Positions 36,922 to 46,979 of a stretch of 64,000 bases of DNA are shown here, in pieces. Positions within the stretch are counted from its first letter, which is position 1, and each line of letters starts with the position of its first letter. Source of the stretch: a virus (lineage: Duplodnaviria; Caudoviricetes); the IMG/VR virus record IMGVR_UViG_3300033070_000479, positions 15,986 through 79,985 of that record; one strand, given 5' to 3'. The notes beneath the pieces are model-generated. The model saw only the letters and a program-made list of their open reading frames with translations. It ran no database searches and was not told the origin of the DNA. A program made the translations under genes and the position numbers.

Positions 36922-39900
36922 ATGAGCTTTATTCGAACAGAGTCTGACCCTGACCTGGACGACGACGCCACCAGGTACCGCTGGTTTGGCGGCGTAACTC
37001 CCCAGGCAGCGAGAGCTTGTAATCCGATCGTGTCGTTGTACTGCGAGTCCGTACTGGACAAGCCCCTGGGGGAGGGGCTGGTCAGGGCTTCCGCGGTAGG
37101 AGCCTCGGAGATTAACGAGAGCGCCAGCTTTATCCACACGTCCTCGTCAAGGTCTCGTAAGAAGCCGATGGCGTTGACATTCACCCCGGACATGTTCGCG
37201 GCCGTTCGGTCGGCCCTCTACACGCCAGGATTTATCCTGCCGGTTACGGATAAGTCAGGAGAGTCTCGGGCGATCCAGCTGACGCCGGGCAGGGTGTTCG
37301 GGTCTGGTAAGCAAGGTCCTGCTAAGGCCGACATCATGGTGGTGTCGTCGATGCTGAACTCCAAGGAAATCGGCGCACCGACGCCGTTCTCTGGAGACAG
37401 CCACGAGGCCCTGTGGGACGCCTGGGATCAGGCCAGGCTGCCTGACCCGACTAAGTTGTCTGTGTACGGCACGTACGCGCTGAAATTCCCGTACTACCCC
37501 TGGTTCGGTAGTACCGTACCGGCGGCCCTCAAGGAGGACGCCAAGTACATTCTGTTTCAGGAGATACTGCTCTGCCGGCCTAAGTACCTGTGGCTGATGG
37601 GTAGCGAAGCCGTCAAGATGGTGCTGGGGCGAAACGTAACCCTCAACTCCTGCTATGGCGCTGTGACTAAGTTGTCTCTGGACTTCCGCAGGTACCCGGA
37701 CGACGACAAGGACATCGACGAGGTAAAGGTGGTCGTGTCGGACGCGTCTGCCGCAGTGCAGCATGACCCGGAAGTGTATCCGCGGCTGGCCAATACCGCG
37801 GCCTTGCTAGCCGACATATCTGGGTTCTCAGCTTCCAAGCGCCCGGAGCTGGTCACGGACTACCGACCGGTGTACACGCCCGAGGACCTCTTAGCCGCGG
37901 TAGAAGAAGCGATCGAGGATTCTCAAGGCGGTGGATATGTGGCTATCGACTGCGAGTGGGACGGGATGCACCCGAGCTGTCCGGGTTCGTACCTGTACAC
38001 GGTCCAGTTCTCGACCCGCCCCGGGAAGGCCTGGTGCGTGTTCGTTAGAAGGCAGTTCGGTAAGGAGAATCCTGACCTGCCGGTGACTTACGTGGCGGAA
38101 CACCTCAACCGGATGCTTAAAGGCCCCGGTAGAAACTTCCGTCTGGTGGGCCACAACCTGAAGGCCGACTTGGTCTGGCTCGAGTCGATCGGAGTGGACC
38201 TGTACGACCAGCTACCGGCCCCGGAAGACGACCCGGAAGGTCCCGGTATGAAGTTCGGGTGGCAGAAGACGTACACCGAAGGGTTCTTTGACACGCTGAT
38301 CGCGGCCCACGTTTACGAGGAAACGGCTGACGCAAAGTTGGAGCTGCAGCTGTCGTTGCGCCTGGGGCTGCCGCGGCACGACATGGACATGGAGGAGGAA
38401 AAGCAGAAGTTCCTCAAAGACAACAAGCTGTCGAAGAAGGAACTGACCGGCTACGGATTCTTGTCTGAGTCAGGGGTTCTGCGGTACGGCTGCGCCGACG
38501 CCGACGGGACCGGAAGACTGTACCTGTTCTACAACGGCAACCCGCGAGACGGTACGCCGGGGGCTCTGGACAGCGACAGGTTTAAGCAGACGTGCAGAGA
38601 CTCGTTCTGGGTGTTTCAGTACGCGGCACCCGCTTGGGCCGAGTTTGAGCGGCACGGTCTACTGCTGGACGATAACCGGCACGCGGCGATGTCGAAGCAG
38701 TTGGGGGACGCCAGAGACCGCCTGTACGCGTCACTGAGGGCGCAGGTCCGGTGGCCCGAGTTCAACATTCGCAGCACGGCGCAGTTGCGAGAGCTTCTAT
38801 TCGGTACCAGCTACGTCAAGAAGCCAATAGCCCCGCTGGACGCGGTGTGCTTAAACCTGTCCCCGTTCAAGGCCACTGACGCAGGCGGCGGACACCTGTG
38901 GAACGAAGCTTTGAGGAAAGCGGAAGAGGAAGGACGACCGACACCGGACCCGTCGACAGACAAGGAAACCTTGCTGCACTTGCTCCCCGAGCACCCGCTC
39001 ATCAGCACTATCATCAAGGTGAGGACCGCGTCTACCGCTATGAGCGGGTTCTTCAAGCGCCCTCAGTCCGCGAAAGCGGAAGAGCCCGATGAAGCTTCGG
39101 AGGCTTCTGAGTCGGACTCTACTGACGAGGCGTCTAAGGAGGTCGAGAAGGCTGTAGAGGCGGAGTTCGGTGGCCGTAACCTGACGGCCAGAGTGTGCGG
39201 AGACGGCAGGGTTCGGTCCATGTTCGGCATAGCGGAGACGGGCCGTGGCAGGTCCGGCAGGCCTAATCTGCAGAACGTCGGAGAAGGTGTCGATGAGAGC
39301 TATAACGACCTTCTAGGGTTAAAGAAGGGCGACGAGGGGTACTTCAAGACCGCCTCCGTGTTCATACCGCAGCCGGGGTGGGTGTTTGTTAAGGCCGACT
39401 TGAAGGGGGCCGAGATCGTCGTAGCCGGGTGGACCAGCGGAGACAAGATGCTGCTCGAACACGCCGCGCGCAGCTGTTTGGACGAGAAGCACCCGGACTA
39501 CCTGGACCTGCACTGCGACTTGGCGGTGCGCGCTTTCAACCTGGACTGCGCGCCAACAAAAGCCGCCTTCGAGAAGAAGGGCTACAGCCGGTACAGGAAA
39601 GCCGCTAAGCCGGCCCGCTTTGGTTTGTACTACGGGGCCGGCATAGAGACCATCTGGCGGAAGGCTGTTGAAGTTGATCGCTCTGTGACTGTTAAGGACG
39701 TCGAAAAGCTGGTAGCGGCGCACAACGAGACGTACCCGGATCTCGACACGCTGTTCTCACAGGCTCGGATGAGGCCCAGGAACCCTGGATGGTTGGCGTG
39801 GGTTTTTGGTGGCCGTAGAAGATTTCGGTACACGAAAGACGAAAAGGTCGCCGCTGCTCAAGGGAGGGAGTCTCAGAACGCCGTATGTCAAGGCAGCGTA

Positions 39901-40155
39901 GCGTCTACCATCAACGTTGGTCTCGGAAATCTGGTTAAGTATCGTCGGAAGTACGACGTTCCGTACCGCATAAACTTGTCCGTACACGACTCGGTGGTAC
40001 TTGAAGTGCGCAAAGAGTATGCTACAAAGACGGAAGAGGCACTGCATACGTGCCTCGTAAGCGCACTGCCGTACCAGCCGTGTACATTGGACGGCATCCC
40101 GGTTACTGGGCGAGGCCCGTACCGATTCGCAATCGACATTGACGTCGTCAGATAA
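36922..40155 (+). CDS. Family A DNA polymerase with N-terminal UDG-like and 3'-5' exonuclease domains
   Basis: Exonuclease AIDCEW, GHNLKAD, YGCADAD; polymerase motifs A (KADLKGAE), B (RKAAKPARFGLYYG) and C (SVHDS). Confidence 0.92.
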   Translation: MSFIRTESDPDLDDDATRYRWFGGVTPQAARACNPIVSLYCESVLDKPLGEGLVRASAVGASEINESASFIHTSSSRSRKKPMALTFTPDMFAAVRSALYTPGFILPVTDKSGESRAIQLTPGRVFGSGKQGPAKADIMVVSSMLNSKEIGAPTPFSGDSHEALWDAWDQARLPDPTKLSVYGTYALKFPYYPWFGSTVPAALKEDAKYILFQEILLCRPKYLWLMGSEAVKMVLGRNVTLNSCYGAVTKLSLDFRRYPDDDKDIDEVKVVVSDASAAVQHDPEVYPRLANTAALLADISGFSASKRPELVTDYRPVYTPEDLLAAVEEAIEDSQGGGYVAIDCEWDGMHPSCPGSYLYTVQFSTRPGKAWCVFVRRQFGKENPDLPVTYVAEHLNRMLKGPGRNFRLVGHNLKADLVWLESIGVDLYDQLPAPEDDPEGPGMKFGWQKTYTEGFFDTLIAAHVYEETADAKLELQLSLRLGLPRHDMDMEEEKQKFLKDNKLSKKELTGYGFLSESGVLRYGCADADGTGRLYLFYNGNPRDGTPGALDSDRFKQTCRDSFWVFQYAAPAWAEFERHGLLLDDNRHAAMSKQLGDARDRLYASLRAQVRWPEFNIRSTAQLRELLFGTSYVKKPIAPLDAVCLNLSPFKATDAGGGHLWNEALRKAEEEGRPTPDPSTDKETLLHLLPEHPLISTIIKVRTASTAMSGFFKRPQSAKAEEPDEASEASESDSTDEASKEVEKAVEAEFGGRNLTARVCGDGRVRSMFGIAETGRGRSGRPNLQNVGEGVDESYNDLLGLKKGDEGYFKTASVFIPQPGWVFVKADLKGAEIVVAGWTSGDKMLLEHAARSCLDEKHPDYLDLHCDLAVRAFNLDCAPTKAAFEKKGYSRYRKAAKPARFGLYYGAGIETIWRKAVEVDRSVTVKDVEKLVAAHNETYPDLDTLFSQARMRPRNPGWLAWVFGGRRRFRYTKDEKVAAAQGRESQNAVCQGSVASTINVGLGNLVKYRRKYDVPYRINLSVHDSVVLEVRKEYATKTEEALHTCLVSALPYQPCTLDGIPVTGRGPYRFAIDIDVVR

Positions 40156-40170
40156 GAGACGTCACCCCGC

Positions 40171-40197
40171 ACCGCCAGAGTGGTTCTGGCGGTTTTC
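40171..40197 (+). terminator. Terminator candidate after the polymerase gene
   Basis: accgccaga-gtggt-tctggcggt followed by tttc. Confidence 0.55.
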
Positions 40198-40249
40198 GTG
40201 AAGCCCGGCGCTGCCGGTGCTCTGTTACCCCAGGTTAAGGAAATCGCAG

Positions 40250-41920
40250 ATGAGCGCAGATATCTTCTCGTCAAACCAGTGGTCCTACCAGCCTCAGCAA
40301 CAGACTCGTGACCGTTCCGCACACGCATCGGGGGTGCTCAAAGACAACACCAAGTTCAAGATCGTTCAGCCGACGTTCAGCGGTTCCGGTTTGACGTTCA
40401 TCGCCCTGCCGGCTCTCGACCTGGAGGCTACGCCGCAAGGCTGTCCTCAAGGATCGGCGAAGCTGCTGATCGACCACCGCAGCGTCGACAGCCAAGGACG
40501 TGCCGTCGTACAGGCCCCGTTCGACCGGTTCTCTACGGCCGCTAACAACCACACTCGCTGGTACTACCAGCTGTGGACACTCCCGCGGTTCGGAGTCCGC
40601 GGCCGCCAGCGGTCTCTGTTGACGGACAAGAATCCGCGGGATGACATGGGTCACCCGTACGAGATGATTCGGTCCGCGTGCTTCCTGGCCAAGGATCAGC
40701 ACAAAAAGGGCAACACCATCCCGGTTGGAGCCTACGGCACCAGCCAGTCCGAGGGGTGGGACAAGCTGATCACCGACAACGAATCGGCGACGGCCGGTGT
40801 CGGCGGTAAGTCGTCGGTGGAGTACAAGGCACTGCCGAAAGCAGACCTGTGCGCCTACCTGTTCGGTCTCGTGTGTTCGATCGGCGACAGCAACAACAAG
40901 GGAGACACGGTTTACGAACCTCCGCTGGGTGTCGACCCGCAAGACCCGGTTCCGGTCATTATGCTGTCGAGCGCCACGTTCGGCCGGCTGATGACGCTCA
41001 TGTCGGCGTTCCGTCCGGACGCGTTCCGCCCTGCGTTCGACGACTTGGCTGCCTTGATGATTCCGCGTCTGACGTCGAGCCGGTACGTGCACGTGTTCGA
41101 TTCGAAGGCCGGGTGTGCGGCCAAGAACGCGGCAGACGCCGAAAGACTCGGCGTGGTCCAGAACAGCCAAGCCGGCGGGTGGGGTTCGTCCCGTAGAGCC
41201 GCGGCTCAGGTGAACCCGGCTGCTGCCGGTGCGGCCACGTTCGGCGGCGGGTACGACGTGTACGTTAGCGAGACCAGGGACGGTACGACTAACGGTCAGC
41301 GTATTCCTACGGAAAACGTTGACGCGCTCGCAGCCAGCAAACTGTGCCACCCGGCGGACGTGTTCAAGATCTCGACGTACGACGAGATCGCGAGGGCTTT
41401 GTGCGAGAGCGGCATTCCGCCGGGTCTCCTGTACTACGCCTTCCAAAACAAGGCCGACTGGCTGCCGCCTTCGATTCGGGAGGGTTTTACGGCCAGGGTC
41501 TCCGCTGCCGTCAACCCGACTCCGGCTACTCAGCGCTCGGTCGCCTCTCAGGTTGGGTGGCCCAACACCGTAAACGCTGTGCACGTAGCTTATGGCCCGG
41601 CCCCGGAACAAGCAGGTCAGTCTGTGCTGACTCAGACGACTCCGGCACAGACCGCCATGCCGACGACTACGCAGCCGATCGTCAGCCAGTGGCCGACCGC
41701 AACTGGGTCCGCGTCGGCCTGGCCCACTCCGTCGACTGCTCAGGTCGCTAAGCCGTCGGTGGCTCCGCAGGTTGACGACTTCAGCGATCTTCCGACCGAG
41801 ACCGAGGGGTCAGTGTCGGCGAGCATGCAGAATCAGGTAGAGGCGGCTTTGGCCGCCGCCGCTAAGAACAACCCGGCTCTGCAACGGTCCATGTCTACTG
41901 GTGGGGTTGGCCGAGTCTAG
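40250..41920 (+). CDS. Hypothetical protein, possible ssDNA-binding/annealing protein
   Basis: ATG 40250. Lies between the polymerase and RecA-like genes; low-complexity Q/T/P/A C-terminal region with an acidic patch. Confidence 0.5.
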   Translation: MSADIFSSNQWSYQPQQQTRDRSAHASGVLKDNTKFKIVQPTFSGSGLTFIALPALDLEATPQGCPQGSAKLLIDHRSVDSQGRAVVQAPFDRFSTAANNHTRWYYQLWTLPRFGVRGRQRSLLTDKNPRDDMGHPYEMIRSACFLAKDQHKKGNTIPVGAYGTSQSEGWDKLITDNESATAGVGGKSSVEYKALPKADLCAYLFGLVCSIGDSNNKGDTVYEPPLGVDPQDPVPVIMLSSATFGRLMTLMSAFRPDAFRPAFDDLAALMIPRLTSSRYVHVFDSKAGCAAKNAADAERLGVVQNSQAGGWGSSRRAAAQVNPAAAGAATFGGGYDVYVSETRDGTTNGQRIPTENVDALAASKLCHPADVFKISTYDEIARALCESGIPPGLLYYAFQNKADWLPPSIREGFTARVSAAVNPTPATQRSVASQVGWPNTVNAVHVAYGPAPEQAGQSVLTQTTPAQTAMPTTTQPIVSQWPTATGSASAWPTPSTAQVAKPSVAPQVDDFSDLPTETEGSVSASMQNQVEAALAAAAKNNPALQRSMSTGGVGRV

Positions 41921-41935
41921 TAGAACAATCAGTAC

Positions 41936-41968
41936 GCCGGCGGGGGTCGCCCCGCCGGCTTTCACTTC
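41936..41968 (+). terminator. Terminator candidate
   Basis: gccggcgggg-gtcg-ccccgccggc followed by tttcacttc. Confidence 0.6.
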
Positions 41969-41995
41969 GTACAGCCAGTACACGGGAGCACGCAC

Positions 41996-43249
41996 GTGGC
42001 ACGAGCAAGGGCGCGTCAAGAGTCACCTTCCGCGACGGACCTGCAAGCTTCAGCGGATGTGTTTGAGGAGTCGATGCCTCCTGGCGGCATCTACGCCAAG
42101 TCTGACGAGTCGTCCAACGCGGCCCCGGCTATGTTGATAGGTCTTCAACTGCCTACTCTTGCAGAGAAGATCCTGTTCGGATCAAACGTAATGCTGTTTG
42201 GCCGTATGTACGAGGTTTACGGCCCTCCCGGGTCGTGTAAGTCCTCGTTCGTGTACGACAGGCACCGGCTGGTCATGCAGGCCGGAGGTAAGCACGTTCA
42301 CATCGACGTCGAAGACAAAGACTCACCAGACCTTCGATACTCTGTTCTGGGTCGACCAGAAAACTTCGACATTAAGAAGTGGACCAGGCAAGCAGATAGC
42401 ATGGAAGCGTGGATGAAGTCGGCGTACAAGTACGTTGAGTGGTTTAAGGATAACTGTCGCAAGCCGCGTGAAAAGAACAAGCCGCTAGGGCGTATTCTTC
42501 CGTTTTCGTTCAGCGTGGACAGCGTAGTCGCCAAGGCAGTCGAAGAGGCTCAAGAGAAGTTCGAGTTGAACCATGGAGCCCCTACACGCCGCTTCGGTGA
42601 CGAGGCGCGTATTTTGACAGATTGGTTCAAGATATTCCCGAAGTACATCAAGAACTGGCCAGTTATCGCGCTGCTCGTTAATCACGATAAGCCCAAGCCC
42701 AACCCTAAGAACGCCAGCATGGTTACACACCACGCCCCCGGCGGCGTGTCGCAGGCTTATCACGCTACGTTCCGTCTTCTGACTTCCAAAGTCCGAGACA
42801 TCGACAGAAATGCCGCAGGCATCGAGGGCTGCGAGATTCAGCTGAAGCTGGATAAGAGCTCCGCCGGCGTTACCGGGTCCCGGGTCAAGGTTCGATTTCT
42901 GTGGAGGTTTGAGCACCCGGAAGACGGCGGCCCTGCTAAGCAGATCGCGTGGTGGGACTGGAACAGGGCCACGACCGAGACGCTGTTCGAACTGATGGAT
43001 ACCGTAGGGACTCAGGGCAGGTCGTTGAAAGCAGAGTGCGGGTTGAAGAAGTCTGCCGGAGACATGTGGTCTTGTCCGGCGGCAGGGATCCCGCACAGCG
43101 ACCCCATGCCGGCTGACGTGGTCGGTGCCGCCATCAACTCGAACGCCGAGTTGTCTGCAAAGCTGGAGAACATTCTCGAGATTATACAATACCCAGTGTT
43201 CCAGCCGGGCGTAGATGCCTGGGAAGCAGCGGGGTGCTCGGATGTTTGA
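41996..43249 (+). CDS. RecA/UvsX-like recombinase
   Basis: EVYGPPGSCKSS, HIDVE, VDSV, LVNH, PGGVSQAYHATFRL, KLDKS. Confidence 0.85.
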   Translation: MARARARQESPSATDLQASADVFEESMPPGGIYAKSDESSNAAPAMLIGLQLPTLAEKILFGSNVMLFGRMYEVYGPPGSCKSSFVYDRHRLVMQAGGKHVHIDVEDKDSPDLRYSVLGRPENFDIKKWTRQADSMEAWMKSAYKYVEWFKDNCRKPREKNKPLGRILPFSFSVDSVVAKAVEEAQEKFELNHGAPTRRFGDEARILTDWFKIFPKYIKNWPVIALLVNHDKPKPNPKNASMVTHHAPGGVSQAYHATFRLLTSKVRDIDRNAAGIEGCEIQLKLDKSSAGVTGSRVKVRFLWRFEHPEDGGPAKQIAWWDWNRATTETLFELMDTVGTQGRSLKAECGLKKSAGDMWSCPAAGIPHSDPMPADVVGAAINSNAELSAKLENILEIIQYPVFQPGVDAWEAAGCSDV

Positions 43250-43748
43250 TGAGGAGTTTGAGCCGCCGCCGAACAAGTACCCGACCTCGTCGGAGAGGCT
43301 CGAGACGGCTGTAGTCCGCGCGGCGTGTGCGTCTTCAAGGGATCAGTCACTGGCTAAGAAGGTGCTGTGGCAGCTAGCCGCAGACAGAACGGGCGAAAAG
43401 TGCGGACCGATAAACCCTAACCTGCACGACCTGTGTCGTGCGGGTTTTCCTGTTGCTATACGTACCGCCCGCGTAAAGGTGTGTTCCCCATTTAACGTGG
43501 TATACAAGTTCAGTAAGACGCCGTTGGCGGAGGCCTGGTCTAGGGCAATAGACGACGACCCTGAGTGGGCAGACTCGGTCAGGAAGGCCTTGGTGTTCTC
43601 GTGGGTAGGGTGGGGCCTGTGCGCCCTGCACGACGTACACGACGTACAGGGCGGGTCTGTAGTCCTACCGGGCCCGGAAGGAAGTCTTTACATCCACCCG
43701 TTCGTATCCGTAGCAGCTACGGTCGACTGGGAATTCAATAAGGAGTAG
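43242..43748 (+). CDS. Hypothetical protein
   Basis: ATG 43242 overlaps the end of the RecA-like gene. Confidence 0.55.
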   Translation: MFDEEFEPPPNKYPTSSERLETAVVRAACASSRDQSLAKKVLWQLAADRTGEKCGPINPNLHDLCRAGFPVAIRTARVKVCSPFNVVYKFSKTPLAEAWSRAIDDDPEWADSVRKALVFSWVGWGLCALHDVHDVQGGSVVLPGPEGSLYIHPFVSVAATVDWEFNKE

Positions 43749-43753
43749 CGATT

Positions 43754-44485
43754 ATGGCGGCAAAGTTAGCCCCGCTGTCTGAGCAGGCGGAAGCAAAAAT
43801 CTCTGCAATTTCTCGCACGCTGCAAAACACCGACGAGACAGAAATCCGAGCCCGCCGTGACGTCGGTAAAGCTATTTTGGAACTTATCGAAGACCCGGAC
43901 AACGTGTACGGAGAGCTCACCCTAACGGACATCTCCAAGCGCATCTCGTACCACAGAGACACGCTTCGTCCGTGTCTGGTGCTGGCCGACAAGCTAGACG
44001 ACCAGCAGTTCGAGACGCTGCTGGAGATTCGCGGACCCGATGAGCGCAAGCTTCGTTTGGCCCACTTCGCGGTCCTGTCTCGAGTCCCGGATTTTCGGCA
44101 AATGAAAGCCCTGGCCGAAGAGACTGTGAAACTGGGTCTTACGTCCAAGCAGTTGGCTACCAAGGTAACCAATAATGCCGGTGGTCCGACGTCCGCCGGA
44201 GGGCGTAACCCTAAGAAGGCCGGCAACCTAGAGGAGTTACTGGAGCAGATCGAGCAGTTCGCAGTGACGACGTGCAACAAGATCGACGTGGCCTGGTTCA
44301 GCGACACCTCCCCCGACTACTGCCTTGAGGCGTCCGAGATAGACGTTGCCGCCAAGAAAGCCGCTATGGCACGTATCGACCAGGTCAGGGACCAGGCAGA
44401 GGTCGTGGCCGGTAAGTGGGACTCGGTGGTCTCGGAGTTGCGTCGGGCCATACGGTCCGTACACACCCCTCCGGTGAGAAAATGA
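43754..44485 (+). CDS. Hypothetical helical protein (possible HTH)
   Basis: LTLTDISKRISYHRDTL segment; 243 aa. Confidence 0.6.
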   Translation: MAAKLAPLSEQAEAKISAISRTLQNTDETEIRARRDVGKAILELIEDPDNVYGELTLTDISKRISYHRDTLRPCLVLADKLDDQQFETLLEIRGPDERKLRLAHFAVLSRVPDFRQMKALAEETVKLGLTSKQLATKVTNNAGGPTSAGGRNPKKAGNLEELLEQIEQFAVTTCNKIDVAWFSDTSPDYCLEASEIDVAAKKAAMARIDQVRDQAEVVAGKWDSVVSELRRAIRSVHTPPVRK

Positions 44486-45288
44486 AACGTCTGCCGTCTC
44501 CTGTGGAGGTGGCTAAGAGGCGAAAGAAGCTGGAGGCCGCTGTCGCGGTCTCCGGCCGTTCAGACCTCAACGCGCGTGTACTGGCTGACGCTATTGTCCA
44601 GGTCATGCCTAAGGTGTCTTACCGGGCTCTGCTTCAGTCGTGCTCCTGGGTTACGTCCGTACGGGACAAGTCGTCTGTTGAGACGTTTTGTGCAAGTTTG
44701 GCCGGAAATTACCGAGCCCTGTGTGACGGTAAGGTAGTCGTCCCCGGTGTGTGGCCGAGAGAACCAGAAACGGTTCTAGTAAAGGTGCGGTCTGTTACGG
44801 CAGTACATAAGACGACTAACAAGTTCAAAATACTGTTACGCGTGTTGTCGGGTAGTCCGGCACCGGCTTCGGTAGCCATGGTCGCTTCGACGGGTTTTTG
44901 TCAAAGACTGGCGTGCGACAAGAAAAGCGGCCTCGGCCTATACGCCGACCGCGGGTCCACCTACTCACACCCGGCCGAGCTGGTCGGGTGTTACGCTTCT
45001 GCGGCGGTGTGCGCGGACGGCGTGTCCGGTAAAGTCTCCTTGCTGTGGGCTAGTAAATCTCAGGCTGACAGAAATAGGAAGCTGTTTTTCATGCGCCTGA
45101 GGAAGGGGTTTACGTGCCCGCACTCGTATCAGCACGCGTGTTACGTATGCCCCAAAGGCACGGATCAGTGCCCGGCGGCTTGCAGGCCGACAACGTTGGT
45201 GTCAGGGATATGCAAGTTCTGTGACCAGGTGGGTTGGGTAGGCGACGGCCCGTGTTTGAAGTGCCGTATTCACGGGATGAGGTCGTAA
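44482..45288 (+). CDS. Hypothetical protein with C-terminal Cys cluster
   Basis: ATGA overlap. CPHSYQHACYVC...CPAAC...CKFC...CLKC. Confidence 0.6.
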   Translation: MKRLPSPVEVAKRRKKLEAAVAVSGRSDLNARVLADAIVQVMPKVSYRALLQSCSWVTSVRDKSSVETFCASLAGNYRALCDGKVVVPGVWPREPETVLVKVRSVTAVHKTTNKFKILLRVLSGSPAPASVAMVASTGFCQRLACDKKSGLGLYADRGSTYSHPAELVGCYASAAVCADGVSGKVSLLWASKSQADRNRKLFFMRLRKGFTCPHSYQHACYVCPKGTDQCPAACRPTTLVSGICKFCDQVGWVGDGPCLKCRIHGMRS

Positions 45289-45767
45289 TGACAGGAATAG
45301 GCGGTCACATTGGTGTGCCGATGACAGTGCGGTCGAAGGAGGCTTCCTGGACGTTTATCGAGAAAGGAAAGCCGACTCTAGTACTGATAGACCCCGTGCC
45401 GGCTTTATCGACACCGGTGTCAGACATACAGTTTGTCCGAGACGTGATGTTTGCAAACGGAGGAAAGGTAGTAGTTCCTCCTGGATCAGCCGAGCTACTG
45501 CCGGCGCGCCCAGAGTCTGCGGCACCCGCAGGGCCGGACTTGGCCAGGAAGTGTTGGAGCTACCGACCAGAGTGGGAGGCAGGTAAGCAAAAGAAGACGT
45601 GTTCGTTCTGCTGGGTCGTCGAAGTCGTAAACGGCGATATACTGATATCGCTCAACAGCGCGAACGGGGGCTTGGTCGGAAAGCCTACTGGTTTTGTAGA
45701 CGTAGACTTCGAGCAGGCCAAGGCGTTCGTAGAGGGCTTGGGTTACGGAATCATACCGACGTTCTAA
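45288..45767 (+). CDS. Hypothetical protein
   Basis: TAATG coupling with the previous gene. Confidence 0.55.
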   Translation: MTGIGGHIGVPMTVRSKEASWTFIEKGKPTLVLIDPVPALSTPVSDIQFVRDVMFANGGKVVVPPGSAELLPARPESAAPAGPDLARKCWSYRPEWEAGKQKKTCSFCWVVEVVNGDILISLNSANGGLVGKPTGFVDVDFEQAKAFVEGLGYGIIPTF

Positions 45768-45781
45768 ACAAAGGCGAACAC

Positions 45782-46300
45782 ATGGGACCTTCTTTCGGAC
45801 AGCTCAGAATCGGCGGCGAGGCGTTTGCTCCCGAAAGGGACGTGATCAACCTGACACCGCGGTTGGTGCACGCAGCCACGCAGGCGGCCGTGGCAAAAGG
45901 GTGGCCTGGAGAAGCCTTTAGAAAATACGCCGAGCAGAACGGCGTGCCACTGACTGCCCTGGGTGAAGCCGCCCGCAGTCTGATCCTATTGACGAACAAC
46001 ATCACCGGAACTGGGTATTCTTCGTGGGAAGAGGCCTGGCTGTCTTCCGGCATGGGCAAGGTTAATCCTCTGGCCCGAGCTGCGATATTCGCGCACCTCG
46101 GCATATCGACCATGCGGGCGTTCACCCACTACGCTCACTTGGGCAACGAGTTCGCCTACCGCCCTGTAGACGCCGACGCCAGTGAAGAGGCCGTTATGCG
46201 CGCGGCCTGGGCGATGGAGGCAGACCTGCCGTCTGAGAAGCAACAGAGGATGGAGGAAGTCCCGAATGCCTCCGACAGGGCCGGTAACCCGATCGGCTAA
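45782..46300 (+). CDS. Hypothetical protein
   Basis: ATG 45782. Confidence 0.55.
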   Translation: MGPSFGQLRIGGEAFAPERDVINLTPRLVHAATQAAVAKGWPGEAFRKYAEQNGVPLTALGEAARSLILLTNNITGTGYSSWEEAWLSSGMGKVNPLARAAIFAHLGISTMRAFTHYAHLGNEFAYRPVDADASEEAVMRAAWAMEADLPSEKQQRMEEVPNASDRAGNPIG

Positions 46301-46967
46301 GTTTCCGGAAGTCATCAGGGCGCGTAAGGCGTGGGTGTTGGCGTTCGGCGCCCTGCCAGACGACTACGTGTGCTTCGACGTAGAGACCCTAGGACCGGCC
46401 CCGTTTAATTTCATCTGCCAGATCGGCTGGTGTCGCGTTCTAAACAGGACCCCCGTGTTGCGAGGGTCCTGTCGGTTGTCCTGGGAGGACATACTCCCGG
46501 ACGACCGAAAAACGTTGTACCTGTCCAAGGCAGCTTCTTCTGGCCGGCGTAGGTGGTCTAAGGCAGTAGCAAAATCTCCGGTCGAAGCGGTATCGGAGTT
46601 TCAAAAGGTCGTCTCGGAAACGCCAGGGCCGGCTGTCGGTTTCAACGCATGGGCGTTCGATGTTCCTCTACTGACCAGGGAGTGCTCGGACCTTGGTAAC
46701 CCGTGGAATCCTGGTCCGTGGTCGGTAATAGACGCCGGGGTCATGGTCAAGGCCTCGGCCGGCGGCCCTCTACCGACGCCGGGGGAGACTTACAAAGATT
46801 CTGCTTCTAGGTGTTTGTCCCGCGGTAAGAGAAGTGTTAAGTGGGCCTTACACGATACTTGGTACGAGTCGATTAGGCCGGAGCTGCCTGCTGACGAGGA
46901 GTTCCACGACGCCGACACAGACTCTTACCTGACTCACAAAGTCTTAGAGTGGTTTCGCGGTTATTAA
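46266..46967 (+). CDS. DEDDh 3'-5' exonuclease (DnaQ-like)
   Basis: CFDVET, GFNAWAFDVPLL, FHDADTD. Confidence 0.85.
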   Translation: MPPTGPVTRSAKFPEVIRARKAWVLAFGALPDDYVCFDVETLGPAPFNFICQIGWCRVLNRTPVLRGSCRLSWEDILPDDRKTLYLSKAASSGRRRWSKAVAKSPVEAVSEFQKVVSETPGPAVGFNAWAFDVPLLTRECSDLGNPWNPGPWSVIDAGVMVKASAGGPLPTPGETYKDSASRCLSRGKRSVKWALHDTWYESIRPELPADEEFHDADTDSYLTHKVLEWFRGY

Positions 46968-46979
46968 CAAGGAGAGTGA

